From contig CAWCXJ010000006.1 of the NCBI GenBank assembly GCA_963799485.1, positions 690,189 through 754,188 on the forward strand: a stretch of DNA of 64,000 nt. Reading direction: 5' to 3'. Origin of the DNA: an uncultured Trueperaceae bacterium (GTDB taxonomy: Bacteria > Deinococcota > Deinococci > Deinococcales > Trueperaceae). Position 1 is the first letter of the stretch. Each line of letters opens with the position of its first letter. Below, piece after piece: positions 39,545 through 49,500 of the stretch. Made by a program: the position numbers and the translations under genes. The notes under the pieces were generated by a model, which saw only the letters and a program-made list of their open reading frames with translations, did no database searches and was not told where the DNA came from.

Positions 39545-41136
39545 CGTGGCCCCCCGCCACCGCCGAAACCAGCGCCCGGTGGCCCGCCGAAACCGCCCCC
39601 ACGGTCACCGGCGTCACCACTCGCTTCAGGTTCTGAAGCAGTTCCTGAGCCCGGTACGCGCACCGTCACCGCTTCACCACCGGACAGCAAGGTGCTCGGG
39701 TCGGGTCTTGCCGGAGCCGTTTCGGCGTCCGGATTATCCCCTGTACCGGCAGCGGCCACCGTTCTGTTCGGGGTTCTAATTTGTGTGTCGGTAGGTGCAT
39801 CTGCGGGTATACCTTCTGGAGCCTCGGCAACCTGCACGACGGTGTTAAGCCCGTCTGTCCCGACAACCTCGACCGGCAGCGGAACGGCGCGACCAGCCTG
39901 CTCGAGTTCGACGACGCTTCTATCACCGAACGTTTGCACAGCGGCAGTCGGCACGCTGAGGGTGTTCTCGAGGGTCTCGACTGCAATGTTAGCCTCGGCA
40001 GTCATCCCCGGACGGAGCCCCAGGTCGGAGTTGACGATTTGCACCGTCACCCCGAAGATGGGGATGTTGTCCTCTACAGTGGCGCTCGGCGACACCGCTG
40101 TCACCTCGCCCTCAAATGTTTGGCCGCTTACCGCGTCGGCGGTGACCGTCGCCGCTTGACCGACCCGGACGCCGCTGATTTGGGTTTCGTCGACCTGCGC
40201 GGCTAACTCAACCGTTTCGTAGTTGCTCAGCGTCAAGAGGGTCTGCCCTGCGCTCAGCGTGGTTCCGGCCTGAATTTGGATGGCGCTCGAGGTATCCGAA
40301 GTACTTTCGTCGCTGATGGCGGTGACAACCCCGGCGATAGGCGCGGTGATGGTCGCGTCCGCCAGATTACGCTGCGCCTGCTCTAAGGTGAGCTGCGCCT
40401 GTGCGGCGGCGAGTTCGGCATTTCTGAGGTCTTGCGTGTCGGCGTCACTTTGAAGCGTCTGCGTCGTGCTGAGGGTAGCTAGGGTGTCCTGTGCATTATC
40501 CAGGGTGGCGACTGCGGTGTCGTAAGCATTTTGGGCCGTTTGCACCTCGGCTGCACTGCCGCTACCAACCTCGCGCAACTGCTCGGCGAGTGAAAGCTCT
40601 TGTTGAGCTGTTTGGACGCTGCGCTGCGCCTCACTTACGGCGCGCTGGGCCTCGGCAACCGCGCTAGCACGTCCCCTGCTGCTGTCGGTCTGCCCTAAAC
40701 GCAGGCTCTCGAGTTCGGCTTGCGCCCCTTCAAGTCCCAGCTGCGCTTCAGTCACGGCTTCTTGCAAGGTTTCAGGCTCGAGCTGAGCGAGCGTTTGTCC
40801 TTTCGCTACTTCATCGCCCACGCTGGCCAAACTCTGAATCGTCCCGGCAACGGGTGCACTGACGCTGACGCTTTGCGCGGCGGAGAGCGTCCCCGGTCCC
40901 GAAATCGTCAGGTCGTAGGGGGCAGGTGTCACTGAAACAGTTGTGTAGGTGGTTTGCGCCGCGCCCGCACGCTGCTGCGCCTGCCACCACCAGCCGCCCG
41001 TAGCCACCACACCCAATAACGTGATAAGTGCCAGCCAGAGCCGTACACGCCGCCTTGCCAGACGTTTGCCCCATTGTCTGCCCGGTCGTTTTTCTTTGTC
41101 TTGCACCGTCTGCCGGTCTGTGCCTATCACTGCCAT
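39541..41136 (-). CDS. Efflux periplasmic adaptor (MacA/HlyD-like)
   Basis: N-terminal TM, lipoyl halves (VSAPVAGTI; ITAPIAGVV), long coiled coil, LRPGMTA. Confidence 0.9.
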   Translation of the reverse strand: MAVIGTDRQTVQDKEKRPGRQWGKRLARRRVRLWLALITLLGVVATGGWWWQAQQRAGAAQTTYTTVSVTPAPYDLTISGPGTLSAAQSVSVSAPVAGTIQSLASVGDEVAKGQTLAQLEPETLQEAVTEAQLGLEGAQAELESLRLGQTDSSRGRASAVAEAQRAVSEAQRSVQTAQQELSLAEQLREVGSGSAAEVQTAQNAYDTAVATLDNAQDTLATLSTTQTLQSDADTQDLRNAELAAAQAQLTLEQAQRNLADATITAPIAGVVTAISDESTSDTSSAIQIQAGTTLSAGQTLLTLSNYETVELAAQVDETQISGVRVGQAATVTADAVSGQTFEGEVTAVSPSATVEDNIPIFGVTVQIVNSDLGLRPGMTAEANIAVETLENTLSVPTAAVQTFGDRSVVELEQAGRAVPLPVEVVGTDGLNTVVQVAEAPEGIPADAPTDTQIRTPNRTVAAAGTGDNPDAETAPARPDPSTLLSGGEAVTVRVPGSGTASEPEASGDAGDRGGGFGGPPGAGFGGGGGPR

Positions 41137-41425
41137 AATCCTGTCACCTTCGCCTCCGTGTGTCGTAAAAAATAAACTTGAGGGCTCGCCCTAAGCTGCG
41201 CGAAACCTTCCTTATCGTGTGCCGCGTCTATTGGGTTTGCGTACAGAACATGTGCGGATTTGATGTGGTTGTAAATCCACCTGGCTTTTACGCCAGGAAC
41301 AGAACCAAGCACACGAAATCCGTACACAACCCAAAACGTTTGGACATGTTGAGGCGTCAAACTTCGAAACAGATGGTTGGAAGCACCCAACGAACCGACC
41401 ATCACGCAGCCTGAGGAGGCAAAAA

Positions 41426-41857
41426 ATGAAACGTACCGTTATCGCAACCGCACTCGCCGCAACCCTTTTAGTCACTGGATTCGCCAGTGCCGAAGACGCC
41501 CTTTTCCCCAGCAACAACGCCAGCGCCGAAGTAACGTTTTACACCGCTGACCCTGAGGCTAACGGCGTCTTGCTAAACACCGCGATGGTCAACAACAGCC
41601 CGTTCGCAGCCACCATAGACGGCGCTGATGCGGCGACCTACATCACCATCAGCTATGACGGCGAAAGCTACACCTTCCCGCTCGCAGAGAGCGGTGACAC
41701 TAAGAATGAGGTAATGCTCGAGGTTACCGACAACACCGCCAACAGCGAAACAGCTCAGTACGTCTCGGATACCGGCACGGTCTCGCTCAGCGACGTGATA
41801 GACGGATTGGCGACCGACCCGGAGCTACTCGAGGCGTTGCAAGCTACCGTAAGCTGA
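41426..41857 (+). CDS. Secreted acidic hypothetical protein
   Basis: GAGGAGG RBS, signal peptide ending ASA; VTFYTADP motif. Confidence 0.75.
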   Translation: MKRTVIATALAATLLVTGFASAEDALFPSNNASAEVTFYTADPEANGVLLNTAMVNNSPFAATIDGADAATYITISYDGESYTFPLAESGDTKNEVMLEVTDNTANSETAQYVSDTGTVSLSDVIDGLATDPELLEALQATVS

Positions 41858-41879
41858 CGTTGCGCCGAGCACATCATCC

Positions 41880-41912
41880 AAACGGCTCCGGGTTTCGTAC
41901 TCGGAGCTGTTT
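41880..41912 (+). terminator. Terminator-like hairpin
   Basis: AAACGGCTCCGGGT-TTCG-TACTCGGAGCTGTTT. Confidence 0.6.
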
Positions 41913-42047
41913 GAACATGGTTGTTAGCCCCGAGCCCAGCCTGCAAACACCCCAAAGTGGACGTCAGCTGAGTAAACAGATACCTCGCTGCCGTCCCTCG
42001 GCACATCTTCGTCAAGCCGCAAGCTGTGGTTTCTTATTAGAGACCCT

Positions 42048-42707
42048 TTAACTCAACCCGTGCTCCACCGCGTAAACCGCCGCTTGTGTACGGTCTCTAA
42101 AGCCCAGCCGCGTCAGGATATTCGACACATGGTTTTTGACCGTACCCTCGCTCACGCCAAACTGTCTAGCGATTTCTTTATTCGATGCACCTTTAGCGAG
42201 AAGGCGCAGCACCTCGAGCTCTCTAGGCGTCAGGTCGTGTTCTAGCTCTTTTTTCTGGTCGGCTTTGTCTTGCCGGTCTCTGAGCGAGCCGACGAGCTTC
42301 CCGGCTACGTCCGGCGCGAGCTGGAAAACGCCCGCATGGGCGAGTTTGACGGCGCGCGCTAGGTCGGTAGGAGGGATGTCTTTCATGAGGTAGCCGCACG
42401 CCCCGGCCAGAAGAGACTGCACGATGTACTCTTCGTCGTCAAAGGTGGTGAGCATGATGACCTGGCACGAGGGGAGCCGCTGACGCACCCTCGCGGTCGC
42501 CTCGACGCCGTTCATCTCGGGCATACGCACGTCCATCAAGATAACGTCGGGCTTGTGCTCCTGGGCCTTTTCCACAGCCTCTTGACCGTTCGCCGCCATG
42601 CCGATAACCTCAATGCCGTCCTCGAGTTCCAAAAGCGAGGCGATGCCCTCGCGAATGAGGTACTGGTCGTCGGCGAGCAGGGTGCGGATCGGTTTTGTTC
42701 CCGTCAT
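42048..42707 (-). CDS. NarL/LuxR family response regulator
   Basis: LLADDQ, LMDVRMP, LTTFDD, LTPRELEVL...TVKNHVSNIL motifs. Confidence 0.93.
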   Translation of the reverse strand: MTGTKPIRTLLADDQYLIREGIASLLELEDGIEVIGMAANGQEAVEKAQEHKPDVILMDVRMPEMNGVEATARVRQRLPSCQVIMLTTFDDEEYIVQSLLAGACGYLMKDIPPTDLARAVKLAHAGVFQLAPDVAGKLVGSLRDRQDKADQKKELEHDLTPRELEVLRLLAKGASNKEIARQFGVSEGTVKNHVSNILTRLGFRDRTQAAVYAVEHGLS

Positions 42708-44050
42708 CGCTCCTGTCCTCGTCCCGGTCGCGTTTTTGGGATGGTGGCCGTGAGTCTCGTTCCGTGGGGTTGGCTCTGAAGCGTCAGCTTGCCGCCGACC
42801 AGCCCCAAGCGTTCTTGTAGACCCACGAGACCGAAGCCGCTTCGCCTCTCCTGCCAGCCGCTCGCGTCGAAGCCGGAGCCGTCGTCGCACAGGTTCAGCG
42901 TCAGGCGTTCGTCGCCGAAATCCAGGCTTAGGGTGACCTGACTCGCCCCGGCGTGTTTGTGGATGTTGGTCAAGCCTTCTTGAATCACACGGTAGAGGGT
43001 CATGAGGACGAGGTCGCTGTAACCCCTGCTGTCGCCCATTCTCTGAAGTTTAAGCTCGAGGTCCCCGTGCCGCATCCGTGCCAGCAGGCTCTCGAGCGCA
43101 TCGTCAAACGAAAAGGGGGTACTTTTCCGCAGGCTCCCTACCGATTCGCGGACATCTTTTAGTGCATCTTGAACCGTCCTCTGCGCCTGTTTTACGGCGT
43201 CTTGGGTACGCTTCGGGTCACGTTCTTTGTAGGCGTTGGCTTTTTCTAGTTGAATATTGATCGCCGCCAAGTGATGTCCCAAGCTGTCGTGGACATCTCT
43301 GGCGACGCGGTTGCGTTCTTCGGTAGCGGCAAGCTCGGCAATCTGGTCGGTCGAAGCCCGCAGGTCGTGGTGCGAGGCTTCTAGAGAGGTGTGGAGCGTC
43401 TCGAGTTCCGCCTGATCCGCCGCAGCCCGTGCCACTGCGCGAGCCAGCAAAAAGGTGAAAAACAAGATGACGAGCACGCCGAAGCCGCGGTCAACGAGCT
43501 GCCCGAGCGGGAGCGAGGTTGACGGCGGCTGACCGGGTAAGGGTCGCCCCGCTGCCGGGGGTGGTTGAAGGGTTGGCAGTGTGGGGTTAATCCCGACTCC
43601 TTGGCTCAGCAGCAGGAGGAGGCTGGCGGCGGCTACGGCGTAGCTCACCCACTTGCTCACGGCTAAATACAAGTACAAAATCAGGACGAGAAAAACGACC
43701 TGCGAATAGAGCGGGTCGCCGAACGCCAGAATAGCGGCGAACAGAAGCAGTCTGAAGGCGAGTTGCGGCAAGCCGACACGTTCTGACGCGCGAAAACTTG
43801 CTGAGCCTAGCGCTGCAGACTCGAGCCCGATGAGGCCCAGGATGGCCGCTAGAAAAATCACGAAGCGCACCCCCTGCGGCGCGGAGACAAGCGAGTTCGG
43901 CCCGATGCCCCCAGTTAATACGTCAACAAGTCCGGCCAGCAGCACCAGGCCGTAAGTCGCCAACGCAATAAAACGGTAGCGCTTGTACAGGGGCGGTAAG
44001 ACGTCGGTACGCCGTAATCGCAGCGTCCGCATTTTCAAGGAACGGGTCAT
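42704..44050 (-). CDS. HisKA_3 (NarX/LiaS-type) membrane sensor histidine kinase
   Basis: Multi-TM N-terminus, EERNRVARDVHDSLGHHL, QEGLTNIHKHA, DDGSGF, GFGLVGLQER. Confidence 0.92.
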   Translation of the reverse strand: MTRSLKMRTLRLRRTDVLPPLYKRYRFIALATYGLVLLAGLVDVLTGGIGPNSLVSAPQGVRFVIFLAAILGLIGLESAALGSASFRASERVGLPQLAFRLLLFAAILAFGDPLYSQVVFLVLILYLYLAVSKWVSYAVAAASLLLLLSQGVGINPTLPTLQPPPAAGRPLPGQPPSTSLPLGQLVDRGFGVLVILFFTFLLARAVARAAADQAELETLHTSLEASHHDLRASTDQIAELAATEERNRVARDVHDSLGHHLAAINIQLEKANAYKERDPKRTQDAVKQAQRTVQDALKDVRESVGSLRKSTPFSFDDALESLLARMRHGDLELKLQRMGDSRGYSDLVLMTLYRVIQEGLTNIHKHAGASQVTLSLDFGDERLTLNLCDDGSGFDASGWQERRSGFGLVGLQERLGLVGGKLTLQSQPHGTRLTATIPKTRPGRGQER

Positions 44051-44302
44051 GCCCTTAGAGCGTAACAGACGTAAACCGAAATGACATCTATCCTTTGGCT
44101 AAAAAACTAGCCGAAGGTCATAGGGCCAGCGGCTAGCTAAAATCTCGTTCACCTCAGACGTCAGCTCGGTGATTCGCACCCCGGCCTTTCCAAACAAAAC
44201 CTATACACGACCCATCCCCGTACCACACAGACCCCCAGCATACTTTTCAGTAGATGGCGGAACCCAAACCGCCATCTGAAACAACCTCTATAGGAGAAAA
44301 CA

Positions 44303-44743
44303 ATGAACCACACTGAAAACCGCTCCGAATACCTTGCCAACAAGAATGCAGAAAGCTTCCGGCACTACCCTGCCGAGCATGTCCTAGGCGTTTTTGAAAC
44401 CACCGAAGCTTTAGACGCGGCGCTTCTAAATCTGGAAGATAGGGGCGTCAGCGCGGAGGGTATCGACCTCTTATGCGGCGAACGAGGTGCCGAAATACTC
44501 GATAAGAAAGGCCAGAATCACGGGTTTTTGGCACGGGCAGTGCGGGTCATCCAATATCTCGGTTACGAGCAGAGGACGCTAGAAGACTATGACCAGCAGC
44601 TCAGAAGCGGTTATTCACTCCTAGCCGTACCGGTAAGCGTACAAAACAGTAAAACCGACCTGGCAGACGCCTTCAAGGACGGCGGTGGCAAACTCCTACG
44701 CTATTTCGGCAGGTGGAGCATCGAAGACCTTTATGTGCGCTAG
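44303..44743 (+). CDS. Hypothetical protein (general-stress-protein-like fold possible)
   Basis: AGGAG RBS; VLGVFET..ALDAA and YDQQLRSGYSLLAV pattern; divergent from the NarL-type system. Confidence 0.7.
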   Translation: MNHTENRSEYLANKNAESFRHYPAEHVLGVFETTEALDAALLNLEDRGVSAEGIDLLCGERGAEILDKKGQNHGFLARAVRVIQYLGYEQRTLEDYDQQLRSGYSLLAVPVSVQNSKTDLADAFKDGGGKLLRYFGRWSIEDLYVR

Positions 44744-45284
44744 TGGTTCCCCTCGGACCGTCGACGGCGTGTCAAGGTTGCGTCAGACTACGAGCAGATA
44801 CTCGGCACAAAGGCGAGGCCGACACCTAAGTAAACCCCAAACAATTCCCGGATGAGACCTTTACACGCCTGCCTCTGCCACACTCGTTTAAGCGTGAAGA
44901 GGCGCACCCAAGCCGGTCGCTAAGCCTTCACCCTTCCCATAAGTTCTCACGCTTCAGCTTCTCCAATCAAGCTGGCAGATACTGGGATGAAGAATCAGCT
45001 CGTGAGTAAACCGAGCCCAGAAAGGAAGCACAAAAAGCAGGTCGGGGTACTGACGCTGACCGAAAAAACCTCCAGCGTACATAGATTGGCGTCTGCAACG
45101 CTGGAGGCTCGTTCACAGCCCGCGAGGGGACTGCTACGTGAGTGTAGCAAGGTTCTTTTGCGGAGTAAAAGGAGCCACCCGTAATGTTCACAAGCACTGG
45201 TGCTGTTCGTTCAACACTCTCGAGACAACCGTCCCTACAGAGGCGCGGCTGATGGTTCGTCAAGCTGCAAAGCCAATCCCCTTT

Positions 45285-46303
45285 GGCTCTTCCTGCGTTT
45301 CAAGGAGCTACCAGAACCTCAATGAGGGACGGTAATAGTGCCCTACCCCGGCTCCTAACGTTGTGGACGAGCTCGAAGAAGCCCAAATAGAGTGGCAACT
45401 TTTCTTGCGAGATGCCGCGATGGGGGCGAAGCCAAGAGCGCAGTAGCGACCAGAAGCCCTCAATGCTGTTGACATGCACCTCATGAAAGCCATCGCCATC
45501 TTGCGGGCATACTCACCGGCAGAGTGGTTGACGGCTTGGTGCTCGTATCCCCACTGCTCCAAGCGGTCATAGATGCAGTACTCGTCAGTGTAGATAAGGC
45601 CGCCCCTGGAAATGAAGCTTTTGATGAATGGCGCGATAGTCTTCTGCTTTACGTTGGCAAGCATCTTGATCACTACCTCACCGTTGCGTTGCAGCATCCC
45701 TAGCACAGGAGGCTTCTCCTTCTCGAGCGTGCCTCTTCCGCGGCTTCCTTTGAGTCTGCGCCTTCGTCCCTGACGCTCCTTGTTCTTGACCGCCTGAGCT
45801 TGTCCCTTGTGACCCGCAACGATATACACCTCATCGCACTCTACGGTTCCTAATAGCTCGACAGGCTTTTTTTCGCCACCACGCCCTCACGAAGCTGGCT
45901 GGTCATCTGCTGCACATCATCCTCGTTCAAATCTAGCTCTTTGGCAATCTGCCGATTGGAGAGATTCAGACCCATGAAATACAGGCACAGCACCCATACC
46001 TTCAGCGGCTGATGATGGCCTTCAAAGACGGTATCGGTAAGATCGTCGAACCGAGCACAGCACCTTCCCTGACAAACGTAGCGTTGGCGATGCGGCTGGG
46101 TGCTGTGAAAGCCTCGCTTGATGATCCTCTCTGACCCGCAGCTTGGGCACTTCACCCCACCAGGCCAACGTAGCTTGCGCACTTCCTCGAAACACTTGGC
46201 GTCATCCACCAAGACCTGGATGTTCAGCATTCGTCGAGTCTAACGGTGATTCTGCCCGTGTTGCAACGGCTTTACATTACCTCCTTGGAATCCATTAAGA
46301 GCC
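45285..46303 (-). mobile_element. IS1595 family element, transposase frameshifted
   Basis: IRs GGCTCTT...CAAGGAG at both ends; Zn ribbon RWPGGVKCPSC, ECDEVY, YTDE, VNHS. Frameshifts at A7 (45867-45873) and near 45500. No target duplication. Confidence 0.88.
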
Positions 46304-46358
46304 GAAATTTTTGTGCAGTCTTACGGGCCGAGGCATACCTAAGCCTTATGCGAGAGAT

Positions 46359-46377
46359 GCGCGCAACATGTGCAGAA
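46359..46377 (+). repeat. Direct repeat copy 1 (GCGCGCAACATGTGCAGAA)
   Basis: 17/19 identical to 61499-61517. Confidence 0.6.
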
Positions 46378-46496
46378 GGGTTCGTCCTTCGCCGCTAAAT
46401 GCTGGATGGTACCGCCTTCTGAATGAGGCATAACGGCTTCATGTCGCAAATAGAGCTCAGTATAGACGCGCATTCATCCTCTAGGTTGACTTGACA

Positions 46497-47537
46497 ATGG
46501 CGCGTGAGCTGCTGCCCGAGGGCTATGCACCCTTTCTAAACGAACTCAAAGCCCAAATCCGCCAAGCCCAGAGTCGCACCGCGCTGGCCGTCAACAGCGC
46601 GCTGATCGAGCTTTATTGGAATATCGGCGAGGCGATTGTCCAGCAGCAGGAGCGCGCCCAGTGGGGCGACAGCGTCCTCGAACAACTCAGTCAGGATCTG
46701 CGGAAAGGTTTTCCGGAACTCAAAGGCTTTTCCCGCCGCAATCTCTATCGGATGCGTGCCTTTTACCTCGCTTACCGCGATCGCCCTGAGTTCGTGCCAC
46801 AGGTTGTGGCACAAATACCTTGGGGGCACAACACGATACTTTTAGAAAAGCTCAAAGTGCCCGAGCTGCGCGAGTGGTACGCCCGCGCCACCATCCAGCA
46901 CGGTTGGAGCCGCGCTGTGCTCGAAGCCCAAATCGAAACTCAACTCCACGAGCGGCAGGGCGCGGCGCTCTCCAACTTCGACAGAACCTTACCCACCCCG
47001 CAATCCGAACTCGCGCAGCAAGTACTCAAAGATCCCTATAACTTTGACTTTCTAAGCCTGCACAATGTAGCAGTCGAGCGCGACTTGGAGCGCGGTTTGC
47101 TTGAACATCTCAAAGATTTCATGCTCGAGCTGGGCGTCGGCTTCTCATTTGTAGGCAGCCAAGTGCATTTGGAGGTCGGTGGCGAAGATTTTTACCTCGA
47201 CCTCCTGTTCTATCACCTCAAACTCCGATGCTTCGTGGTCATCGACCTCAAGATGACGGCGTTCAGGCCGGAGTACGCAGGTAAGATGAATTTCTACCTC
47301 TCGGCGGTAGACGATCTTATGCGTTACCCGCAGGACGAGCCCAGTATTGGCATTCTCTTATGCAAGAGCAGGAAAAAAGTCATTGTCGAGTATGCGTTGC
47401 GCGACGTCAGTAAGCCGTTAGGCGTAGCGGAGTATCGGCTCGCCGAAGCTTTACCAAATCGGTTGGAGGGAAGCCTTCCTAGCATCGAGGAATTGGAAGC
47501 GGAGCTGGAGGGACTAAAAGGGGCAGATCTTGAATAA
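46497..47537 (+). CDS. YhcG/DUF1016 PD-(D/E)XK nuclease-domain protein
   Basis: LYWNIG, GFSRRNL, IPWGHN, KDPYNFDFL, YLDLLFYH..VVIDLK, GKMNFY motifs. Confidence 0.92.
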   Translation: MARELLPEGYAPFLNELKAQIRQAQSRTALAVNSALIELYWNIGEAIVQQQERAQWGDSVLEQLSQDLRKGFPELKGFSRRNLYRMRAFYLAYRDRPEFVPQVVAQIPWGHNTILLEKLKVPELREWYARATIQHGWSRAVLEAQIETQLHERQGAALSNFDRTLPTPQSELAQQVLKDPYNFDFLSLHNVAVERDLERGLLEHLKDFMLELGVGFSFVGSQVHLEVGGEDFYLDLLFYHLKLRCFVVIDLKMTAFRPEYAGKMNFYLSAVDDLMRYPQDEPSIGILLCKSRKKVIVEYALRDVSKPLGVAEYRLAEALPNRLEGSLPSIEELEAELEGLKGADLE

Positions 47538-47542
47538 ATGCA

Positions 47543-48433
47543 CTACTGCGGAAAATGCCTTTTGTAGAGCATTTGCCGTGACTCGCCCGAAAGGTGGACG
47601 TAGAGCTGCGTCGTCGTGGGTGAGGCGTGCCCAAGGATGGACTGCACGGCGGCGATGGGTGCTCCCTGATTGAGTAAGAGCGTTGCTAAGGTGTGGCGCA
47701 ACACGTGAGGCGTCACCTTTTCTTCTAGATCACACCGCGCTGCCACCCGCTTGAAGATGCGCTGCATCTGCGAGGTACTGAGGCGCTGGTGTTGAAATGA
47801 ACCGTTCTCCTGACGCCGTCGCCGCTTCGTCACGAACAGGGCAAGGCAGCTGTCGAAGCGGTCATCAAGATACCGTTTGAGCCATAAAGCCGCTTTTGCT
47901 CCAAAATAAACTTCTCGCTCTTTGTTGCCCTTACCCAACACGACCACGCTTCGACGCGCCCAATCGAGGTCAATCCTATCGAGTTGGTAGATCTCGCTGA
48001 CTCTACAGCCCGTAGCGAAGAAAAACTCAACGAGGGCGTGCTCGAGTAGGCTGTTGCAGGCGTCACGCAACAGCTCCACTTCTTCGACCGAAAGCGCTTT
48101 GGGAATCCGTGCAGGCAAGCGCGGTTCTCTAAGTTTCAACGCGGGGTTGCGCTCTAGAACCTCCTCCTCGTACAGCCACTTGAAAAAGGCTTTGAGCGCT
48201 CGAACTTTGTTCGCTAAGCTCGAGGTTTGCAAGTGTGTCAGGCTCGTGAGGTGGGCGCGCAAATGCTCGAGTCCGATCTCCGCAATAACCGTGTCGCACC
48301 CTACGTCCAAAATCAGACGTTTCAGATGCAGTTTGTACGAGTAGAGCGTCTTGTCGCTGTAGCCGTCCAGCCTGCGGGCTCTCAGATATGCCTGAACACA
48401 GTTCGCTAACGTAAGGACTTTTTGCTCGTCCAT
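47543..48433 (-). CDS. XerD-like tyrosine recombinase/integrase
   Basis: TGCRVSE (R), GKGNKER (K), PHVLRHT (HxxR), LGH, TTQLY (Y); SAM-like N-terminal domain; GGAGG RBS. Confidence 0.93.
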   Translation of the reverse strand: MDEQKVLTLANCVQAYLRARRLDGYSDKTLYSYKLHLKRLILDVGCDTVIAEIGLEHLRAHLTSLTHLQTSSLANKVRALKAFFKWLYEEEVLERNPALKLREPRLPARIPKALSVEEVELLRDACNSLLEHALVEFFFATGCRVSEIYQLDRIDLDWARRSVVVLGKGNKEREVYFGAKAALWLKRYLDDRFDSCLALFVTKRRRRQENGSFQHQRLSTSQMQRIFKRVAARCDLEEKVTPHVLRHTLATLLLNQGAPIAAVQSILGHASPTTTQLYVHLSGESRQMLYKRHFPQ

Positions 48434-48918
48434 AAAAACCTCCGAGCTGTAGTCTGCACGGAGGTTCGGGTTTGATCTCCACGAGAAATTCTCAGGTGCG
48501 TCCTTGGCGTGGGTTTGGGTCACGAATGGCCCGGTTCATTGCATAAGGACTTCTCAATCTGTTGTCTTTCGAGCCTGATAATACTTGACTCGCGCCTCTT
48601 CTGAGTGCTACTAGGCTTAATACCATCCCACTTTGCTACCAACTTCGCTACGTTGGCTTATGTACGCTGCTTTAGCAAATACGAACCCATCGTTATCTCG
48701 TCTTTCAGCCGAGCAGCTCCCCTTGAAACACATTAGCTCCTACCTTAGTCGCTCGCAAAACCCTGACTAAGCGCATATATTGAAAGCCTTGGCGTCATAG
48801 ATCCTCTAGGTACTTGCCGCTCGGGGTCCGAAATCGCTATCCTCACCTACAGCGCTACGGCGGGGTAGGACTCAGGTCCGAGGTTCACGTCGAGGTAGTT
48901 TGATGCAGAGGGGCGAAC

Positions 48919-49365
48919 GTGGACGAAGAAACCTTTTCTGAGACTTTCCTCGAGCTTCATCATCTCAAGATAGGTGATGAAGCAATCCTCAGCCACGCGG
49001 CTGAGGATTGCTTCGACGAGCCGGTTCAGCGAGAGCGCGTGCGCCTATTTCTCTCTGACCCCACGCACCACCTCATTGTCGCGGTGCATGAGGGTGAGGT
49101 GGTGGGTCAAATCATGGCGTTTATCCACCGCTATCCTTACAAGCCGCCTCAGCTCTACGTCGATAACTTAGGGGTCACGCCCGCCCTGCGGCGGCGCGGG
49201 GTGGCCTGTGCCCTGCTCGAGGCGATGTTCGCCCTCGGCAAACGTCTGGGCCGCGAAGAGGCGTGGCTCGCGACCGAGGAGGACAATCTGCCCGCTAGAA
49301 AACTCTACGAGTCCTACGACGGCATAACGAGCGAGCCAGCGGTGGCGTATCTCTACAGGTTATAG
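48919..49365 (+). CDS. GNAT family N-acetyltransferase
   Basis: LGVTPALRRRGVA and NLPARKLYES motifs. Confidence 0.88.
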   Translation: MDEETFSETFLELHHLKIGDEAILSHAAEDCFDEPVQRERVRLFLSDPTHHLIVAVHEGEVVGQIMAFIHRYPYKPPQLYVDNLGVTPALRRRGVACALLEAMFALGKRLGREEAWLATEEDNLPARKLYESYDGITSEPAVAYLYRL

Positions 49366-49500
49366 GAAAGTTCTTGTCAGAGAAAATTCGATACGTGAAG
49401 CTTAGGCGTTGGTTAAACTGAGTGTCAACTCGAGTCAAGCACTTCTTCAAGAACTTTCAGCCGACGAATGAGGTCTTAGGAATAACTATACAACCCAACT

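Noticed and set aside
44744..45284. Long intergenic stretch with short ORFs
   Set aside because: No recognisable protein motif, RBS-supported ORF or RNA structure; probably degraded DNA.
46417..46433. TTCTGAATGAGGCATAA as a Deinococcus RDRM/DdrO site upstream of YhcG
   Set aside because: Only a partial match to the 17-bp consensus, and it overlaps the dif-like half-site. Not supportable without a PWM.
48703..49464. CTTTCAGCCGA repeated on both sides of the GNAT gene
   Set aside because: Only 11 bp with no extension. It could be chance, so it was not called a cassette boundary.
47543..49500. Classical integron (IntI, attI, attC)
   Set aside because: The recombinase has only a short insertion rather than the IntI-specific domain, and I found no repeated RYYYAAC...GTTRRRY sites between cargo genes.
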